From positions 2,160,001 through 2,192,000 of the forward strand of contig NC_007181.1 of NCBI RefSeq assembly GCF_000012285.1: a DNA stretch of 32,000 nt, written 5' to 3'. The stretch is from Sulfolobus acidocaldarius DSM 639 (lineage in GTDB: Archaea > Thermoproteota > Thermoprotei_A > Sulfolobales > Sulfolobaceae). Position 1 is the first letter of the stretch; every line of letters starts with the position of its first letter. Shown here in pieces: positions 9,012 through 17,272 of this stretch. The notes below the pieces were generated by a model. That model was not told where the DNA came from. It worked only from the letters and a program-made list of their open reading frames with translations, and searched no databases. Position numbers and translations under genes: made by a program.

Positions 9012-10987
9012 TTCACCCTTCTGGTTGTGGAGTTTTAGGTATTTTAAGAAAAAGACATGCTGAGCAAATACAGGGAGGCTCGGTAGTAAGAGCAATAGAA
9101 AAAGTAAGGTATAGGGGAAGCGATAGGGGTGCAGGTTTTGCTGTCTTCAATCTACACAAGAAGAATGTTTACACGATAAGGGCTTTTAGTGAAGAGGATG
9201 CTAATGAGATAAAATCACTACTGGAGTCCCAGGGTCTTAAAATAAAAGATTCAAAGTTGAACTACATCAATGAAGAGATTTGTGACTGCAATTTTGAAGT
9301 TGTTATTGATGACGTAACCAAAGCCAGAAAGGCTTTCAGAAACATTAATGAAATAATTTGGGGTAGCAAAGAAGGAAGAAGAGGTAGAATATACAGCATT
9401 GGTTCCTCACTGAGCGTGTTCAAAGGAGTTGGTTACCCAAAGGACATTTCTAAGATGTATGATGTGGAGAAGTTAGAGGGTGATTTATGGCTAGCTCATA
9501 CAAGACAGCCTACAAATTCTCCAGGTCACTTTCCATACTGGTCTCACCCATTCTCTACTTTTAACGTTGCAATAGTTCATAACGGTGATATAAGCTCTTT
9601 TGGTGCGAATCTGGAGTTTTTAAAGGAAAGGGGATGGGAAGGATTTGTGGGCACGGATAGTGAAGTTATCGCTTTCCTATTTGAAGAGTTGTTAAGTGAA
9701 GGTTTCTCTATTGAGGAAGTAGTTAAGATAATGGTAAACCCATCAAGAAGGCTGAATGTAATAGACCCATCTCTGGACTACACGTACAGGAACGCTAGGT
9801 TAGACGGACCATTTACTGCAGTTATCGGCTATGATTCAGGAGACGATTTGTACTTAATTGCAATTGCCGATAGAGCTAAATTCAGACCAGCAATTGTGGG
9901 TGAGGACGAAAATTACTATTATGTAGCAAGCGAGGAGAATGAAATAAGAGAGATAAGCCCCAATGCCAGAGTTTGGACGTTAGAACCAGGTTCCTATTTC
10001 ATGGCTTCCTTAAACAGGGGTATAATCTCATATGGCAGAGACGAGGAGAGAGTACACTCATTCTCTCCACCTCCAGTATTTATACCTGAACACTATGACA
10101 TTGACGCTAGAAACCTTAATTATAAAGAGTTAAACTACGTAATAGCAGAGGTAGCGAAGAAGGGTAAAAAGGAAATTACTGTAGCAAATGTGACTGGTCA
10201 CAGATACATAGGCATAAACTTTAAGAGACTAGGTGTCCATAACGCAAGGATTAACCTTTACGGTATAGTAGGTAATGTTTTTGCAAACCTTAATGAAGAT
10301 AACGAATTTTACGTTTATGGAAATGTATCTGATGACTGTGGAGATACAATGCACGGTGGAAAGGTTGTAATTTACGGTGATGCCAGGGACGTTTTAGCTC
10401 AGACTTTTCAAAATGGAAGGATATTTGTGAAAGGAAATGCAGGAAACAGGGTCGGTATTCAAATGAGAGAATACAAGGACAGGAGACCATACCTAGTAAT
10501 CGGCGGATTTGTAGATGATTACCTAGGAGAGTACATGGCAGGCGGTGTTATAGTTGTACTAGGCACTAACGTGAAGGGAGAACCCGTAGGTAATTATGTA
10601 GGATCAGGTATGGTAGGAGGAAGAATATACATAAGAGGAAGAGTGTCTCCTTCAAGGATAGGTATACAACCCACTAGGCAAGAGGTACTCAACTTCTTGA
10701 AGGCATTACTGGTGGAAGGATATATTGGCGAAGAGGAATTCTCGTCATTAAAGGATAAGTATTACATAGAAGTAATGGACTCGCTGAAGGACAAAGCAAA
10801 GGAATATGCTAAGAGATTATTTGAGGAAAAGATTGGTATACCAGAGTACGAATACAGGGAGTTAAACGAAGAGGAGTTCAAGGAGTTATTTGGAGTAATT
10901 AAAGAATTCTCACAGGACATGGGGAGAGACTACACCGAGTATCTAAAGGAGAAGTTTACCGTTATAAAATCTAGAAGTAAAAAATAG
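9008..10987 (+). CDS. Glutamate synthase subunit: class II (Ntn) glutamine amidotransferase domain fused to a GXGXG beta-helix domain
   Basis: 659-aa ORF; its ATG overlaps the upstream stop (ATGA). The N-terminus [12 protein letters not shown] carries the nucleophile Cys. GATase-II motifs: [34 protein letters not shown]. The C-terminal repeats [23 protein letters not shown]...GNAGNRVG...[10 protein letters not shown]...GGRIYIRG are typical of the GltS GXGXG domain. Confidence 0.9.
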   Translation: MIHPSGCGVLGILRKRHAEQIQGGSVVRAIEKVRYRGSDRGAGFAVFNLHKKNVYTIRAFSEEDANEIKSLLESQGLKIKDSKLNYINEEICDCNFEVVIDDVTKARKAFRNINEIIWGSKEGRRGRIYSIGSSLSVFKGVGYPKDISKMYDVEKLEGDLWLAHTRQPTNSPGHFPYWSHPFSTFNVAIVHNGDISSFGANLEFLKERGWEGFVGTDSEVIAFLFEELLSEGFSIEEVVKIMVNPSRRLNVIDPSLDYTYRNARLDGPFTAVIGYDSGDDLYLIAIADRAKFRPAIVGEDENYYYVASEENEIREISPNARVWTLEPGSYFMASLNRGIISYGRDEERVHSFSPPPVFIPEHYDIDARNLNYKELNYVIAEVAKKGKKEITVANVTGHRYIGINFKRLGVHNARINLYGIVGNVFANLNEDNEFYVYGNVSDDCGDTMHGGKVVIYGDARDVLAQTFQNGRIFVKGNAGNRVGIQMREYKDRRPYLVIGGFVDDYLGEYMAGGVIVVLGTNVKGEPVGNYVGSGMVGGRIYIRGRVSPSRIGIQPTRQEVLNFLKALLVEGYIGEEEFSSLKDKYYIEVMDSLKDKAKEYAKRLFEEKIGIPEYEYRELNEEEFKELFGVIKEFSQDMGRDYTEYLKEKFTVIKSRSKK

Positions 10988-11039
10988 TAATTTAACCTAC
11001 ACTAAGTTTTTATCTCATAAACGCAATATTATATACAAA

Positions 11040-11867
11040 TTGTACTATAATAAAATTAGGGTTATAGGGAATAGCTCTCTAGCAGATAGGATTATAAAAT
11101 TGCTAAATGAGATTGGATATTTCATAGTAAATGAAAGTGAAAACCTAAGAGTTGTAGTTGGTCCCTTATCTAGAGCTATAAAATTTGCAAACAAACCAGT
11201 CATCTTAGTCACAGAGAATGGTGAATATGTTATTCCCGTAAACAGGGAGGAGTCTGGAGTATCCCTAATAGCATCTCTGATATCTGATATGATAGGGGGT
11301 AACCTTATATTGACCTCTAAGATGGCAGAAAAGGGAGTTTATAGTGTGCAAGAGTTCTCCTGGGTGAATGGATTATATTGGACGAACTCTGAAAAAGTTA
11401 AGGAGCTGAATAAAAAGATACTAAAAAGCAGTAAACTCACAGTCTACTATGATAAGAAGATTATACTTCCGGAAGGATATTCCAGCGTCGAAAAACCATG
11501 TAGCGCTGATATTGTCGTGGGGGATTATGACTGTAACTCACTTGTGCTCAAACCGTACAAGGTGGTCATGGGCCTAAAGTATTATTCTACTATTCCCCCT
11601 GAGGTCATCTTGTACAGTATTAGATTAACCTTGAAATCAATTTACATTCTTAATGACAGAGTAGACGTAATAGTCTCTCCCGTGAAGGATAGAAACATCA
11701 TAAATATATCAACCTTATTAGGGGCTGAATTGTTCACGATTTATGGGGACACCTGTGAAAGTATGCTCCTCCAGTACGGGGGTAAAATTCTACTTAAAGG
11801 CGTAAAGAGGGCTTTTGGATTGGAAACATGCTTAGGGGTCGTAAAGGTTGAGAAGGGTATACAATGA
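11040..11867 (+). CDS. CbiG-like protein (cobalt-precorrin-5A hydrolase family, divergent)
   Basis: 275-aa ORF with a TTG start. By eye it is colinear with remembered CbiG sequence. The mid region PVILVTENGEYVIPVNREESGVSLIASLISDMIGGNLILTS resembles AVVVIDERGQHVISLLSGHAGGAN...PVITTATD. The C-terminal domain LKPYKVVMGLKYYSTIPPEVIL...VDVIVSPVKDRNIINISTLLGAELFTIYG resembles VVAGIGCRR...IGSVTLKKDEPGL...PFKTF. Confidence 0.55.
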   Translation: MYYNKIRVIGNSSLADRIIKLLNEIGYFIVNESENLRVVVGPLSRAIKFANKPVILVTENGEYVIPVNREESGVSLIASLISDMIGGNLILTSKMAEKGVYSVQEFSWVNGLYWTNSEKVKELNKKILKSSKLTVYYDKKIILPEGYSSVEKPCSADIVVGDYDCNSLVLKPYKVVMGLKYYSTIPPEVILYSIRLTLKSIYILNDRVDVIVSPVKDRNIINISTLLGAELFTIYGDTCESMLLQYGGKILLKGVKRAFGLETCLGVVKVEKGIQ

Positions 11868-12654
11868 AGTGCTTGACGATTACCTCTCTTTACCTGATAG
11901 AGTTGAAAGAATAATAAGTTTAGACCCTGCAGCCACAGAAACACTATTTATGCTAGGTTTCGGTGAAAAGGTAATTGCAACTGACGCATTTAGTTACAGA
12001 CCTTCTGAAGCTAAAAGAAAGTTGAAGATAGGAAGTTATACTCACGTTAACCTTAATCTACTTGAGGAACTAAAACCAGACATCGTATTTACAACCATGG
12101 GAGCGCAAAAGGAACTGACCAGAAAACTAATTGACAGAAACTTCAACGTTTATCCTTTGGGTGTAGCCACATCTGTGTCTAGGATATTGAATAATGTGAT
12201 CCTGGTCTCATTAGTTGTCAATGCACATAATGTCGGGAGAGAATTATACCAATCACTACTCTTATACCTAATGGGTTATAGAAGACTAACCAATAAAAGA
12301 CCAAAGATATATGTGGAATTTGATTTAGGAGGACCAATCTCATGTGGATATGCGACACATGTAAGTGATGCGATTAACTTGGTAGGTGGTGAAAACATCT
12401 TTGACGATATTTCAGATGCATACTTCACCCCCAATGATAATGATGTAATAGAGAGAAATCCCGATCTCATAGTATATGAACCTAAAAGACTCACTGATTA
12501 CGAGAAGGAGAGAATTCTGAACTACATCGAGAAGAGAGGATTGGGAAAATTCAAGGAAAAAGTAGTATTTACAGTGGGAGACTTCTTAGCTCACCAAGGT
12601 CCGAGTTTTATTACTGATGGGGTTAAATTTCTGCATAGCGTTATCCCTTGTTAG
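11848..12654 (+). CDS. BtuF/FecB-type (Peripla_BP_2) binding-protein homolog with no signal peptide
   Basis: 268-aa ORF. RIISLDPAATETLFMLGFGEKVIATD, LLEELKPDIVFT and ERNPDLIVYEP are typical of cobalamin/siderophore class III binding proteins. The N-terminus is hydrophilic, with no TM segment or lipobox. The TTG start at 11848 overlaps the upstream gene by 20 nt; an in-frame GTG at 11869 is an alternative. Confidence 0.7.
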   Translation: MRRVYNEVLDDYLSLPDRVERIISLDPAATETLFMLGFGEKVIATDAFSYRPSEAKRKLKIGSYTHVNLNLLEELKPDIVFTTMGAQKELTRKLIDRNFNVYPLGVATSVSRILNNVILVSLVVNAHNVGRELYQSLLLYLMGYRRLTNKRPKIYVEFDLGGPISCGYATHVSDAINLVGGENIFDDISDAYFTPNDNDVIERNPDLIVYEPKRLTDYEKERILNYIEKRGLGKFKEKVVFTVGDFLAHQGPSFITDGVKFLHSVIPC

Positions 12655-13190
12655 TTTCTAATTCTCTTCTCTGGTTTAGGCTTAGTTCTCCTTGAGGATA
12701 TAATCTTAATTAACCCATAACCAGACACAATAATTCCAATTACGAATAAAACCTCCAAAAAGGTAGAGATGATACCTGAAAGAGAATAGAATGAAGATAT
12801 ATAGTAAGAGGGTAGTACGGCATAGTTAACCCTGACAGTAATCTGTGAATCTGAAGGGTTCCCTAGTTTTATCGTGTAATTCCCTGGATACTGTGGATTA
12901 TAAATTATATACCCTGTGTTGTTGTAAGCTACACCATCTGGATTCACGATAATAACGTTAGTGTTAGAGTAGTTTGTAATTACCTCAATACTGTAACTGT
13001 TTTGGTCTAATGTCACGTTCTTGAGGACCAACGTTGTATTGGGTGGGATATTTAATATATATTGATTACTAATTAAATTTTTTGAAATTATACTATAATA
13101 TGGTAAATAAAATGGCATCAGCAGATACATTGCTAGAGTTGAAAAGATAATAATTACACCTATCACAAGAATTAATAAATATATATTCAC
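12651..13190 (-). CDS. Hypothetical bitopic membrane protein with a sequon-rich beta-type ectodomain
   Basis: 179-aa ORF with a GTG start. It has an N-terminal hydrophobic segment, a ~100-aa middle region rich in N-x-S/T sequons and beta-strand-like sequence (PGNYTIKLGNPSDSQITVRVNY), a C-terminal TM helix and a basic tail (SSRRTKPKPEKRIRN). I do not recognise a family. Confidence 0.55.
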   Translation of the reverse strand: MNIYLLILVIGVIIIFSTLAMYLLMPFYLPYYSIISKNLISNQYILNIPPNTTLVLKNVTLDQNSYSIEVITNYSNTNVIIVNPDGVAYNNTGYIIYNPQYPGNYTIKLGNPSDSQITVRVNYAVLPSYYISSFYSLSGIISTFLEVLFVIGIIVSGYGLIKIISSRRTKPKPEKRIRN

Positions 13191-13251
13191 ACGTACTGCA
13201 GAAATAAGTTAAAGCTTAAAAATCTTATCTATAGTATTTTACCTATGTCCG

Positions 13252-14823
13252 GTGTTTACGAAATCTGTTGAGGTATTAGATACAACTCTAAGGGATGGAG
13301 CACAAACAGCAAACATATCGTTTACATTAAACGACAAAATTAGGATAGCCCTACTTTTAGATGAATTAGGGGTAGACTATATAGAAGGAGGATGGCCTTC
13401 ATCAAATCCTAAAGATGAAGAATTCTTTAAGGAAATAAAGAAGTATAAGTTAACTAAGGCTAGAATTGCAGCCTTTGGCAGTACTAGAAAGAAGGAGAGT
13501 ACAGCAAAGGAGGATCAGAGTCTAAATTCTATAATAAAAGCAGATGTAGATGTAGGTGTCTTATTCGGAAAAAGCTGGTCTCTTCACGTTACCGATGTAT
13601 TAAAGATATCATTAGAGGAAAATCTTGATATAATATATGACAGTGTAAATTATCTTAAATCTCATGGTTTGCGCGTTGTATATGACGCTGAGCACTTCTA
13701 CCAGGGTTATAAAGAGAACAGGGAATACGCTCTTAAAGCCGTGAAGACTGCTGAGGAGGCTGGAGCAGATGTTATAGTGCTCTGTGACACTAATGGTGGT
13801 ACATTACCCCATGAGGTTTACAACATAACTAAGGATGTAGTGAACCATGTAAAGGTCAAAATCGGTCTTCATATGCATAACGACTCTGGTGGTGCTGTGG
13901 CAAATACTGTAATGGGGGTTGTTGCAGGGGCTAGGCATGTACAGGGAACTATAAATGGAATAGGAGAGAGGACAGGAAATGCAGATCTTATACAAGTAAT
14001 TCCCAATATTATGCTGAAATTAGGATTAAATTCACTTAAGGGAAATGAGAGCTTAAAGAAGCTAAAGGAAGTCTCAAGAGTAGTATATGAAATAATCGGA
14101 GTACATCCCAATCCATATCAACCTTATGTGGGAGACTTCGCATTTACACACAAGGCAGGGGTTCATGCAGATGCGGTCATGAAAGTTACAAGAGCTTATG
14201 AACATATAGATCCTACATTGGTTGGAAATAATAGAAGGTTTGTCATTTCAGAAGTCGCAGGCTCCTCTAATGTGATTTATTATTTGGAAAAATTGGGAAT
14301 AAAGGTTGACAAAAAAGATCCTAGAGTGAGGAATGCTGTGCAGAGAATAAAAGAACTAGAGAACAGAGGGTATAGTTTTGACCTAGCACCGGCATCGGCT
14401 GTGCTGGTTGCCCTTAGGGATCTAGGTATGTATAGAGACTTAATAAAAGTGGAATATTGGAAAGTGATGAACGAGAAAGAATTAGCAATTGCAATAGTTA
14501 AGGTAAATGGACAACTGGAAGTTGCTGAAGGTGTAGGACCTGTACACTCAGTGGATATTGCATTGAGAAAGGCATTACAAAAAGTATATCCGCAAATAAA
14601 CAAGGTAAAATTAACAGATTACAGAGTCATTCTTCCAGGAGAAATAAAGAATACTGAGAGTGTGGTGAGAGTGACAATAGAGTTTACGGATGGAGAGAAA
14701 AACTGGAGGACTGAAGGGGTCTCAACCAGTGTAATAGAGGCTAGTGTAATTGCGTTAATTGATGGGCTAGACTATTACTTACAAACTGAGAAACTAATAA
14801 AAAGTGAAGTGATAAATAACTAA
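13252..14823 (+). CDS. cimA: (R)-citramalate synthase (LeuA/CimA family, long form with C-terminal regulatory domain)
   Basis: 523-aa ORF with a GTG start. VLDTTLRDGAQ, YIEGGWPSSNPKDEEFF, HMHNDSGGAVANT, GTINGIGERTGNA, FTHKAGVHADA and ENRGYSFD match the GGWP-type citramalate synthase clade as I remember it (Geobacter-type CimA). Specificity against 2-isopropylmalate synthase is not proven by sequence alone. Confidence 0.8.
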   Translation: MFTKSVEVLDTTLRDGAQTANISFTLNDKIRIALLLDELGVDYIEGGWPSSNPKDEEFFKEIKKYKLTKARIAAFGSTRKKESTAKEDQSLNSIIKADVDVGVLFGKSWSLHVTDVLKISLEENLDIIYDSVNYLKSHGLRVVYDAEHFYQGYKENREYALKAVKTAEEAGADVIVLCDTNGGTLPHEVYNITKDVVNHVKVKIGLHMHNDSGGAVANTVMGVVAGARHVQGTINGIGERTGNADLIQVIPNIMLKLGLNSLKGNESLKKLKEVSRVVYEIIGVHPNPYQPYVGDFAFTHKAGVHADAVMKVTRAYEHIDPTLVGNNRRFVISEVAGSSNVIYYLEKLGIKVDKKDPRVRNAVQRIKELENRGYSFDLAPASAVLVALRDLGMYRDLIKVEYWKVMNEKELAIAIVKVNGQLEVAEGVGPVHSVDIALRKALQKVYPQINKVKLTDYRVILPGEIKNTESVVRVTIEFTDGEKNWRTEGVSTSVIEASVIALIDGLDYYLQTEKLIKSEVINN

Positions 14824-14825
14824 TT

Positions 14826-15716
14826 ATGCAGTGGGATCCTGGAGGAGCTACTGAAAGTAGAAGTAAACTTTACATTTATTTGCGTTTCTTAAGGATTGAG
14901 CAAGTGTTTTTTAGCCTGCCAATGGCATACATGGGTGCTTTCCTAGCAATAAGGGAAATTCCCCCGATACAAGTACTAATCCTCATGTTTTTCTCACTTT
15001 TCTTCCTCAGGACTGCAGGAATGACAAATGATAATCTAGCTGACAGGGAAATAGATGCAATGAACCCTAGAACAAAGAGTAGACCTTTAGTTACAGGAAA
15101 GATAACAGTTAGAGAGGCTAAACTTCTAATTACGATTTCCTTAATAGGTTTCTTTATCACAGCTTATTTAATTAACTTGTACGCACTTATCTTCGCACCT
15201 ATAGTTGCTCTAATAGTAATGAGCTATCCTTACATGAAAAGATATACAGCATTTGCAAATTATCATCTAGCTTCTATTCAAGGTTTAGCTGTTTTCAGCG
15301 GCGCTGTGGCATCTCTCGGGCTTTACGCCAAGTCTTTTACACAACTAGTTACAGGAATTCCATGGCTTTTCGTAATATCGACTGTCTTCTGGGCTGTTGG
15401 CTTCGATCTTTACAATCACATACCAGATGCGGACTTTGACAAAAAAATGGGTTTACACAGTTTTGCAGTCTTACTTGGGGATAGAGCGTTAATGTTTGCT
15501 GGACTAAATCAGCTCATATCGGTATTGCTAGCCCTGTTCGGAGATATACAATTTAACTTAGGGATAATAGCTTATATAGCCACAATTCTTCACGGTCTGA
15601 TAATGGGTTATGCATATTACTCAGCAACAAGAGGAAACTTTGGAAGAGCGTTCTACTATAATATTTACTCTTCGATAGTGTTGGGTATAGGTATAATAAT
15701 AGACATCATAGTGTAG
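14826..15716 (+). CDS. UbiA-family aromatic/isoprenoid prenyltransferase
   Basis: 296-aa polytopic ORF. First Asp-rich motif NDNLADREIDAMNPRTKSRPLVTG; second Asp-rich region DLYNHIPDADFDKKMG. It starts 2 nt after the cimA stop codon. Confidence 0.8.
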   Translation: MQWDPGGATESRSKLYIYLRFLRIEQVFFSLPMAYMGAFLAIREIPPIQVLILMFFSLFFLRTAGMTNDNLADREIDAMNPRTKSRPLVTGKITVREAKLLITISLIGFFITAYLINLYALIFAPIVALIVMSYPYMKRYTAFANYHLASIQGLAVFSGAVASLGLYAKSFTQLVTGIPWLFVISTVFWAVGFDLYNHIPDADFDKKMGLHSFAVLLGDRALMFAGLNQLISVLLALFGDIQFNLGIIAYIATILHGLIMGYAYYSATRGNFGRAFYYNIYSSIVLGIGIIIDIIV

Positions 15717-15744
15717 TCAGGTAATGTAGAAAATAAGAGCTTTA

Positions 15745-15802
15745 ATTCTCAGCCTCGGGTTCCCTCTTCACTTATCTGTTGATGGCGGGCTTCATCATCA
15801 AA
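15745..15802 (-). ncRNA. Candidate C/D box sRNA (2'-O-methylation guide)
   Basis: Minus-strand layout: C box ATGATGA (15798-15792); 13-nt guide AGCCCGCCATCAA; D' CAGA (15778-15775); spacer TAA; C' GTGAAGA (15771-15765); 12-nt guide GGGAACCCGAGG; D box CTGA (15752-15749). Box order and the ~12-nt spacings match the archaeal C/D sRNA design. The C box lies inside an in-frame TGATGATGA triple stop of the upstream GGCT-like gene. Confidence 0.6.
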
Positions 15803-16619
15803 GTCCTGAACTTATACAATGTCCTTTCAATCCCTCCAATATATATCTTTTATACTCATCAGTCGGATTATGTTCCCCAGATATATTAGGGGCAACATAT
15901 GCACATGCATAATATTCCTTACCATTATTATCATAAACTTTAAACACCTCTCTAATATACCTCACTAAGTGCTTCTCAGCGCTGTCAAGTAAATTCAATT
16001 CGTCCTCTAGTATCATTAATAAATAACCGCAAACCCTTCCATTTTCATACTTTGTTAGATTAGCACAATATCCCCATTTACATTCAACATTAAAGACTAT
16101 CTTATAATCAGGTAAATACACAGGAATTTTCTTAAATATTTTCGTAACTCCTCTAGCTTTTAATATTTCATCATTAGTATTCTCCGCATATGCAAAGTAG
16201 TTAAATATTGCAGATGTGCCAACGTATTTAGAGTAGTCACCATCTACTATTACGTCCCTACCTGTAATATCTTGATTGTAAACGTAAATGTAAACATTAT
16301 CTAAATAATATTTCCTCTTGTCATCAAAGTACACTCTGACTTTTTCCCTAATGTACAAGTCGTCAGGTGAACCTCTATAGTCTTCGACCTCGTCCAAAAC
16401 ATTTAACAACTCATCATTTATCTCATACACCTCTCCATGTACAACGCTATCTCCTCTTACCACTCCTGGATAGCTTCCAAGATCATACATCTTATAACCT
16501 TCCACCAGACCTAAACCCACAAATCTACTGTTTTTCAAAAAATGGTTAAGCTCAAAACCAAATCTTAATGAACCATAGACAAAAATATACGGAATATCAA
16601 CCACCCCCCTGATCCACAT
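15798..16619 (-). CDS. Tandem gamma-glutamylcyclotransferase-fold protein (AIG2/GGACT-like domain plus GGCT-like domain)
   Basis: 273-aa ORF. Domain 1: IFVYGSLRFG...YPGVV...VHGEVYEI...LDEVEDY. Domain 2: YFAYAENTNDEILKARG...VCGYLLMILEDELNLLDSAEK, comparable to YFAYGSN...LDxQEG of GGCT. Confidence 0.8.
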   Translation of the reverse strand: MWIRGVVDIPYIFVYGSLRFGFELNHFLKNSRFVGLGLVEGYKMYDLGSYPGVVRGDSVVHGEVYEINDELLNVLDEVEDYRGSPDDLYIREKVRVYFDDKRKYYLDNVYIYVYNQDITGRDVIVDGDYSKYVGTSAIFNYFAYAENTNDEILKARGVTKIFKKIPVYLPDYKIVFNVECKWGYCANLTKYENGRVCGYLLMILEDELNLLDSAEKHLVRYIREVFKVYDNNGKEYYACAYVAPNISGEHNPTDEYKRYILEGLKGHCISSGL

Positions 16620-16887
16620 AACTTAACCAAAACTGGATTTCAGATTCGTCTAAATCTCTACTCTCCTCCCCTTTAATTACACTCGCTTTCAAAATCTTTA
16701 ATTTTTCTCCATCTATAATACCCCATATCCTGATTATAGGCTTAGTATCTTCATCTACATCTACTCCACTTGCCTCAGAGATAGATGGCGGTACATAATC
16801 TATAGTCACATTATTACCTTCAATTTGAACAATATAGTTGGGATAACCTCTTAGGACGTCCAAAATTTTAAGGTTAACCTCTAACAC
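16597..16887 (-). CDS. Hypothetical small acidic protein (orf96)
   Basis: 96-aa ORF with a GTG start. It overlaps nfeD by 14 nt and the GGCT gene by 23 nt. No motif recognised. Support comes only from ORF length and operon position. Confidence 0.45.
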   Translation of the reverse strand: MLEVNLKILDVLRGYPNYIVQIEGNNVTIDYVPPSISEASGVDVDEDTKPIIRIWGIIDGEKLKILKASVIKGEESRDLDESEIQFWLSYVDQGGG

Positions 16888-17236
16888 GTATATACTTTTT
16901 AACTATTAGTTTTAAATTCTGCATCCCTATTACTATTACCTCATCGCCCTTAGATATTGGCTCATTAGAAATCGCCCTCCAATATTCTCCCTCGATCAAA
17001 ACATACCCTTCCTTGCCCGGAGAAATGTCATCAACTGCCCTTCCTATCTTGCCCTCATAGGTATACAAATTCCTCCTCCTTGTTGTCCATATTACATTTA
17101 CAACTCTGTAGAGCAAAAAACCAACCAAAGCAAGTGATGGAATTGCAACAATAGGGTTAGCGTATTGACCAGTAAGTATTAAGGCTAATATGACTACAAC
17201 AATAATTATTATCGACACAGGATCATGTACTACCAT
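16874..17236 (-). CDS. nfeD: Short NfeD-family membrane protein (OB-fold C-terminal domain)
   Basis: 120-aa ORF. Two N-terminal TM helices are followed by GKIGRAVDDISPGKEGYVLIEGEYWRAISNEPISKGDEVIVIGMQNLKLIVK, the typical NfeD C-terminal beta-barrel signature. Confidence 0.8.
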   Translation of the reverse strand: MVVHDPVSIIIIVVVILALILTGQYANPIVAIPSLALVGFLLYRVVNVIWTTRRRNLYTYEGKIGRAVDDISPGKEGYVLIEGEYWRAISNEPISKGDEVIVIGMQNLKLIVKKYIRVRG

Positions 17237-17272
17237 AATATTTAATACTCCTTAATCTAAAAATACTTTTCA
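17237..17272. promoter_or_regulatory. 36-bp divergent promoter region (nfeD operon / thermopsin-stomatin operon)
   Basis: Only 36 AT-rich bp (aatatttaatactccttaatctaaaaatacttttca) separate two divergent start codons. TATA-like elements for both directions must overlap here, which implies leaderless or very short-leader mRNAs. Confidence 0.4.
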
